Below are positions 58,805-64,000 of a stretch of DNA of 64,000 nucleotides, one piece after another; within the stretch, counting starts at the first letter, position 1; each line of letters starts with the position of its first letter. The position numbers were made by a program, and so were the translations under genes. The DNA lies in contig CAYTGN010000015.1 in assembly GCA_964437415.1 (NCBI GenBank), positions 1,890 through 65,889 on the forward strand. Direction: 5' to 3'. Under the pieces are notes generated by a model. The model saw only the letters and a program-made list of their open reading frames with translations. It was not told the origin of the DNA and did not search any database. Source of the DNA: an uncultured Chitinophaga sp. GTDB taxonomy: Bacteria; Bacteroidota; Bacteroidia; Chitinophagales; Chitinophagaceae.

Positions 58805-61366
58805 CTATTCCTCGCTCCTGGCACTGGCGGCATCAATGATGCGTCCAAAGAAAACAGCATTCATAAACAGTTTGCTGCCACCCAGCCAGAAAGCCCTGAA
58901 ATTGGGATTGTCGGCGATGTTGATGACACGGCCATTGCCTACCGCATTCACCACAACGGCAGCGGAATTTTTGATCGCCTCTTTGTTTTCCTTGCTTATC
59001 CAGCCGCTCTGCAAAGGGTTGGCGCCATAATAAAATGGTGTGGCATAGGGATTCTTGCTTTTTTCGATAAAAACACGGTTGGCTTTGAAAAGACTCACTG
59101 TTTTCTGGTTGTAACCATAAGCCAATGGATGGCTGAGGTCAACTTCCCCCCCAAGTATTGCACCGTTTAGCCGCTGTGCACCTTCAATCTGCTCCCTGTC
59201 CACATAACTCAGTTTCTGTGTGCTGTCAACCGGGGATTTTGCTCTTTTGAATTTCACATTACTGATGCCGGCCTGTGCCGCCCAGTTCACTGCTTCTTCT
59301 GTCAGGATCAATGTGCCGCCGGCCTGCACCCATGCTTTCAGCTTATCCTTGTTGATGTCGGGGTAGCTTCCACCCACCATGATAATGCTGTTGTATTTAT
59401 TGATATCAACCCTGTTGAATACGCCGGGCTCCAGGTGAGAAGCCGTGATATTCATCCGCTGATCGAGCAGGTGCCATATTTCACCCGCATCGGTGGCATT
59501 CACACCGGGACCCGTTATCATCGCAATCTTTGGCTGCTGCACAACAGCAAAACGGCTGCTGCCGAGGTCGCTTCCCGCATTCACTTGACCAGAAGAAACG
59601 GCATAGGCTTTCAGCCTGTATTTCTCAACCACTGCATTCAGCATCACTGCCACTGTTTCGCTGCTTTCTTTTTGCAGGCTCACCGGTACCATCAGTGTAC
59701 CGTAATCAAATTTTTTATTGCTTCCGGCAATGCTGGTTTCAAATTTATTGGTGGCCACTTTTACGATCAGCCCGGCTTTTAATAATTCATTCAGTGCCGC
59801 AGGGGCATAGAGTTCATTCCATTCAATGAGATAGGCGTAATCACTTTTGCCACCTTCCACTTTTCTTTTGGGCATGGGCAGTTCATTCACTTTATCACCC
59901 ATGGCGAAAGAAGCAGTCAGTTCACGGTAAGGGAGACCAAATGCCAATGGAAAAGTCCAGGCAGTGATATCATAAAACAAACTGTCTTTGTAATCAAATG
60001 TTTTCTCGAATATGGCACGGATCAAACTGTGCTGCGGCTGGTTGAGAGAAACCATATAAGCGCTGCCCTTCTCAAATTCTGTATCCTTCCAACTATCCGG
60101 GAGTTGATTTATTTCAATTTGTTGCCGCTTCAGCATTTCTGCAAAATGAAAGGTTTTGGCCAGGTCATTTTTATCGCCAAACACATATCCTTTTACCGGA
60201 TAGGCAGCAGCCCGGCTGGCTGCTTGTTTATAAAAATCTCTTTGAAACTCTAAAAACTCTTTACGCAAAGCCTTAGCTCCTTCCAGTGTTGAAAGTGTTG
60301 TAACAAACTGGTTTTTGATGGTGGCAGGAAAACTCAGCAGCCCATTATTGGTTTCCTGCAGATGACCTCTTGATGATGCCTGCTCAAACAAAATACCGAT
60401 GCAGCCCTGCACATCAGGAAAAGTGGAGCCTTTGCCATAATAAAAATCATCATAGGCTTCTTTCGTAAAATAAAGCGACCCGATACGATCTAAAAATGCA
60501 GCATGAAACTTTCCCAATTTCGCTGTCAGCTCCTGGTTCTTTTCCGGCGTCAGCGGGTTCACTCTCGAAGGAACACCCGGCTGAAAAAAGAAAGTGGCAT
60601 TACTTCCCTGTTCGTGGTGATCGGTGAGAATATTCGGTTTCCAGGCATGAAACCACTTGAGACGGTTCTGGCTTTCCACATGCACAGCGGGCAGCCAGTC
60701 ACGGTTCAGGTCAAACCAATAGTGATTGAAACGGCCACCCGGCCACACTTCATTGAACTCTCTTGAACTGGGATCACTTACCAGGTTTTTACTTTTATGC
60801 TGGTTAGCCCACGTTGAAAATCGTTGTAAGCCATCAGGATTGAAGGAAGGATCAAACAATATCACGACATTATCGAGCAATTCATCAACCTTCCTTCCCT
60901 GTGCCGCAGCGAGATAATAGGCACTCACAAGGCTTGCATTCGCCCCGCTGGCTTCATTGCCATGGATGGAATGACCGACATACACCACGATGGGCATGTT
61001 CTCAATATTCAATGAAGCCGATTGGGACGGATCGGTCAGTTGCACATGCTGCTGACGAATCTGTTCCAGGTTTGCATGATTCTTTTTTGAAGTGATAATG
61101 AGCATCACCTGCGGACGGCTTTCATAGCTCAGTCCCATTGTTTCCAGTTTCACCCTGTCCGGCGCAGCGGCAGCGATGGCCTTCATATAATTCACCAGCC
61201 GGTCGTGAGTAATATGCCATTCCCCCACTTCGTGGTAAATCACTTCTTTGGGTTTGGGAATGGCAGGGTTGTAGCTGACAGAGTCGGGAAGGAAATAATC
61301 CAGAGCCTGTGACTGTGACTGGCTTGCTGCAACCAGCAAGCAAATTGCGATAATGATCTTTTTCAT
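58805..61366 (-). CDS. secreted M14-family zinc carboxypeptidase with a large C-terminal extension
   Basis: 853 aa with a signal peptide. The zinc motif is HSIHGNEASG (HxxE), with a later DHHE-type histidine region. Confidence 0.75.
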   Translation of the reverse strand: MKKIIIAICLLVAASQSQSQALDYFLPDSVSYNPAIPKPKEVIYHEVGEWHITHDRLVNYMKAIAAAAPDRVKLETMGLSYESRPQVMLIITSKKNHANLEQIRQQHVQLTDPSQSASLNIENMPIVVYVGHSIHGNEASGANASLVSAYYLAAAQGRKVDELLDNVVILFDPSFNPDGLQRFSTWANQHKSKNLVSDPSSREFNEVWPGGRFNHYWFDLNRDWLPAVHVESQNRLKWFHAWKPNILTDHHEQGSNATFFFQPGVPSRVNPLTPEKNQELTAKLGKFHAAFLDRIGSLYFTKEAYDDFYYGKGSTFPDVQGCIGILFEQASSRGHLQETNNGLLSFPATIKNQFVTTLSTLEGAKALRKEFLEFQRDFYKQAASRAAAYPVKGYVFGDKNDLAKTFHFAEMLKRQQIEINQLPDSWKDTEFEKGSAYMVSLNQPQHSLIRAIFEKTFDYKDSLFYDITAWTFPLAFGLPYRELTASFAMGDKVNELPMPKRKVEGGKSDYAYLIEWNELYAPAALNELLKAGLIVKVATNKFETSIAGSNKKFDYGTLMVPVSLQKESSETVAVMLNAVVEKYRLKAYAVSSGQVNAGSDLGSSRFAVVQQPKIAMITGPGVNATDAGEIWHLLDQRMNITASHLEPGVFNRVDINKYNSIIMVGGSYPDINKDKLKAWVQAGGTLILTEEAVNWAAQAGISNVKFKRAKSPVDSTQKLSYVDREQIEGAQRLNGAILGGEVDLSHPLAYGYNQKTVSLFKANRVFIEKSKNPYATPFYYGANPLQSGWISKENKEAIKNSAAVVVNAVGNGRVINIADNPNFRAFWLGGSKLFMNAVFFGRIIDAASARSEE

Positions 61367-61485
61367 AACGTAGTGTGTACAATAAATAAGCAGGAAAATT
61401 ACAGAATCAGGCCCAAACCGCAGGCTGAGAAAAAAACTTTATTTTGTGGGTCATTAATCATTCTTCCAAACCAAAAACCCTTTAT

Positions 61486-61968
61486 ATGTTCAGGAAAATA
61501 TTTTTTGCTACCGCATTACTGATATTCCTTGCTGGTTGCAAATCAAACGAAGCGTTCAATATCAACCAGGAGATCGCAAAAAAAGAAAAAACGCTGGAGG
61601 CTGACATCCAAAAAACAGAAGACGCTGTTGGCCGTTTCATCAGGGCCGGGCAATATGACAGCATGGCCCTGGTAAGCACCAATATGGTCAACCTCGTTGA
61701 CAAAACACTCGATGACATCAAAGAAATGAAATGGTCGTCAGTTAAAGAAGGTGATGATTTTAAAAATGAAACTGTCCGTTATTTTGAATTTATGAAAAGC
61801 CTGTATACCGGGTATGTAGAATATGGCAATGCCGGTACAGATGAATCCCGGGAGGCAAAAATGGACGAGATCAAAAAGATTGTTGACAGAAGGATGGAAG
61901 TGGCTGCTGATATGCAGCGGGCACAGAAAAGATTTGCCGATGCCAATGGTTTTAAGTTAAAGAGTTAA
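61486..61968 (+). CDS. lipoprotein of unknown function
   Basis: 160 aa from MFRKIFFATALLIFLAGC (lipobox LAGC). The track ORF begins at a TTG at 61444. Confidence 0.6.
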   Translation: MFRKIFFATALLIFLAGCKSNEAFNINQEIAKKEKTLEADIQKTEDAVGRFIRAGQYDSMALVSTNMVNLVDKTLDDIKEMKWSSVKEGDDFKNETVRYFEFMKSLYTGYVEYGNAGTDESREAKMDEIKKIVDRRMEVAADMQRAQKRFADANGFKLKS

Positions 61969-62051
61969 GACTGTCCTTGTGGATTTGAAACGGGCGGCTT
62001 CACCAAACTGCAAAAAGGTGAAACCGCCCGTTCGTCGTATATTTGCAGCTT

Positions 62052-62083
62052 GCCGCTCCTTCGGAGCGGCTTGTATTTTTTTC
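62052..62083 (+). terminator. terminator-like hairpin plus T-tract ending 5 nt before the mnmA ATG
   Basis: GCCGCTC-CTTCG-GAGCGGC followed by TTGTATTTTTTT. It is preceded by a TAnnTTTG box (TATATTTG, 62038-62045). Confidence 0.55.
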
Positions 62084-62087
62084 AATT

Positions 62088-63206
62088 ATGAGCAGGAAAG
62101 GAAAAGTGCTGGTAGCTATGAGCGGCGGTATTGACAGTACCGTTACCGCCCTTATGCTCAACGACCAGGGATATGAAGTGGTGGGCATCACCATGAAAAC
62201 ATGGGACTATGCCCACAGCGGCGGCAGCAAAAAGGAAACAGGCTGCTGCAATGTGGATTCATTTAATGATGCCCGGCAGGCCGCCGTGGAGCATGGTTTT
62301 GCACATTATATCCTTGACATAAGAGAAGAGTTCGGGGATTTTGTGATTGAGAATTTTGTTGATGAATATCTCGCAGGCCGCACCCCCAACCCCTGTGTGC
62401 TCTGCAACACGCATATCAAATGGAGGGCATTGTTAAAAAGGGCTGATGCATTGGACTGTGATTTTATTGCTACGGGACACTATGCCAAAATCCGTCAACA
62501 CGACAATGGCCGCTTTGTTGTAAGTAAAGCAATTGACGACACCAAAGACCAGAGTTATGTGCTGTGGGGATTGCAGCAAGATTTATTAAGCAGAACACTA
62601 TTACCCCTTGGGCCCTACCGCAAAACAGAGATTCGTCAGATGGCGTTGGACTATGGTTATCCCGAACTGGCAAAAAAAAGCGAGAGCTACGAAATATGTT
62701 TTGTTCCAGACAATGATTATCGTGGTTTCTTAAAACGCCGGGTGGAAGGCCTTGAAGAAAAAGTGGCTGGTGGCAATTTCATTGACAAACAAGGAAACAT
62801 CCTCGGAAAACACAAAGGCTATCCTTTCTACACCATTGGCCAGCGGAAAGGTTTGGACATTGCATTTGGCAAACCTGTGTTTGTCACTAAAATTGATCCT
62901 GAACACAACACGGTGATGCTGGGGGATGAAGAAGACCTGGAGCAAAATGAAATGAAAGTGGGCAAGCTGAACCTGATCAAATATGATACCATCACACCCG
63001 GTATGGAAGCGGTAACTAAAATACGATACAAGGATAAAGGTGCGTTATCCAATCTTTACCCGGACACTTCGGCTTCGCCTGCTGTAACTGTCAGGTTTTA
63101 TGAACCTGTCAAAGGCATCGCCCCCGGGCAAAGTGCTGTGTTCTATGAAGGAGATGATGTGACCGGTGGTGGCATCATCCAGTCCGGCGTACTTATACAT
63201 CAATAA
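62088..63206 (+). CDS. mnmA: tRNA 2-thiouridine(34) synthase
   Basis: 372 aa from MSRKGKVLVAMSGGIDSTV (PP-loop SGGxDS). It has CNTHIKW and KDQSYVLW. The track ORF (62043..) reads through the hairpin. Confidence 0.9.
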   Translation: MSRKGKVLVAMSGGIDSTVTALMLNDQGYEVVGITMKTWDYAHSGGSKKETGCCNVDSFNDARQAAVEHGFAHYILDIREEFGDFVIENFVDEYLAGRTPNPCVLCNTHIKWRALLKRADALDCDFIATGHYAKIRQHDNGRFVVSKAIDDTKDQSYVLWGLQQDLLSRTLLPLGPYRKTEIRQMALDYGYPELAKKSESYEICFVPDNDYRGFLKRRVEGLEEKVAGGNFIDKQGNILGKHKGYPFYTIGQRKGLDIAFGKPVFVTKIDPEHNTVMLGDEEDLEQNEMKVGKLNLIKYDTITPGMEAVTKIRYKDKGALSNLYPDTSASPAVTVRFYEPVKGIAPGQSAVFYEGDDVTGGGIIQSGVLIHQ

Positions 63207-63428
63207 AATTCAGGCGATTTGAATCCTTATTCTTTCCATGCATTTGCGGTTGAGTGAACGCCGCAATCATGTTCCCTTGCAACAAGGTTATAAGAAGATA
63301 TAATGTATAAACCCCCTGACTCCCCGGCTTTTCCTTACAACAGCTTCCTTTATTCACTGATGTGTATAATTTTCAATGCGCTTCTTAATGATCCATGGCG
63401 AACTTAGGAACCAATCAAAGAATATTCA

Positions 63429-64000
63429 ATGAAATACTATTTACTCCTCTTATTTTTCTCTTTCAGCATTTTCGGTTATTCACAACCCAACTATGCGATA
63501 CCACTAAATGGCAGCAATCAATATGTAAATATCGGGGCTCCTGTTCCCAACAGCAGTTCTTACACCAGGGAAGCCTGGGTATATGTCGGCGTGGTCGGTG
63601 GTCCTCAAAACATCATTTCGTCTTCAAATGCTCCTCTATGGCTCAATAACGGACTACTCTCCGCCGGGCATGGCGGAAACTATTCACAGGTATCAGATTT
63701 TAGTTCTTTTCCGGCAGGGCAGTGGGTGCATGCGGCTGTAACTTATGATGCCGCTACTACCACTATGCGACTTTTCCGGAACGGCGTACAGGTTGGCGTC
63801 AATACCAGTGTGGCCAGCAATTATGCAAACGAAACCACTTTTATCGGGTCGCACAGCGGCGGCAATAGCCTTATCAACGGCATGATAGATGAAGTTCGTA
63901 TCTGGAATTTTGCACTGACAGCGGCACAGCTCAAGCATAATATGTTCAGGGGGCCGTCTCTTTCAGAACCAGGTTTGCTGGCCTATTATAAATGTGATGA
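63429..64000 (+). CDS. secreted LamG/concanavalin-A-like (Laminin_G_3) domain protein, 3' end outside the window
   Basis: This is an open frame from the ATG at 63429 to the window end, translating MKYYLLLLFFSFSIFGYSQ...GQWVHAAVTYDAATTTMRLFRNGVQV...MIDEVRIWNFALTAAQL. It is not in the ORF track, probably because no stop lies in the window. Confidence 0.7.
   Translation, partial: MKYYLLLLFFSFSIFGYSQPNYAIPLNGSNQYVNIGAPVPNSSSYTREAWVYVGVVGGPQNIISSSNAPLWLNNGLLSAGHGGNYSQVSDFSSFPAGQWVHAAVTYDAATTTMRLFRNGVQVGVNTSVASNYANETTFIGSHSGGNSLINGMIDEVRIWNFALTAAQLKHNMFRGPSLSEPGLLAYYKCD

Noticed and set aside
63395-63649. An 84-aa ORF at the right end of the window.
   Set aside because: It is out of frame with, and fully overlapped by, the much better open frame from 63429. 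That frame has a signal peptide and LamG motifs and runs to the window end.
1-64000. A search by eye for CRISPR arrays, rRNA genes, integrases, transposases and IS inverted repeats.
   Set aside because: I found no regularly spaced direct repeats, no rRNA-like sequence and no recombinase- or transposase-like translation. The only mobile-element-like signatures are the two direct-repeat-flanked nuclease cassettes reported as findings.

Overview
The window looks like a chromosomal segment of a Bacteroidota genome, probably Chitinophagaceae- or Sphingobacteriia-like. Supporting signs are an adjacent T9SS PorV/PorU pair, TAnnTTTG-type -7 promoter boxes, no obvious Shine-Dalgarno sequences and many signal-peptide or CTD proteins. 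Most of it is dense, ordinary housekeeping and envelope coding sequence. From start to end it contains: the ribE 3' end; a translationally coupled glycan-modification operon (acyltransferase_3, GT2, methyltransferase, YfhO, a polytopic membrane protein); an orphan HscA-type Hsp70; porV-porU; tyrS; two hydrolases; a split cyanophycin locus; tRNA-Gln; an NDP-sugar cluster (rfbD, rfbC, two sugar dehydrogenases, UXS, DegT aminotransferase); waaA; tdk-ccmBCD; gdh; an ABC ATPase; a 1283-aa TraB/GumN protein; queA; lysC; ssb; an M14 peptidase; mnmA; and a LamG protein that runs off the end. I saw no rRNA, CRISPR array, integrase or transposase. The most unusual structures are two single-ORF nuclease cassettes flanked by direct repeats. 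(1) An 81-codon GIY-YIG ORF is wedged between a complete tRNA-Gln(UUG) and a second, 42/45-identical copy of that tRNA's 3' half, which carries a 27-nt palindrome in its T-loop. (2) An AT-rich 800-bp islet after queA encodes a winged-helix plus PD-(D/E)xK/QxxxY protein and is bracketed by TAAGACAAC repeats. Also notable: the cyanophycinase and cyanophycin synthetase genes are separated by one PAS histidine kinase and three NarL-type response regulators, and a beta-lactamase-fold hydrolase is fused to five tandem repeats. All calls rest on reading the supplied translations and sequence by eye. No database search was run.
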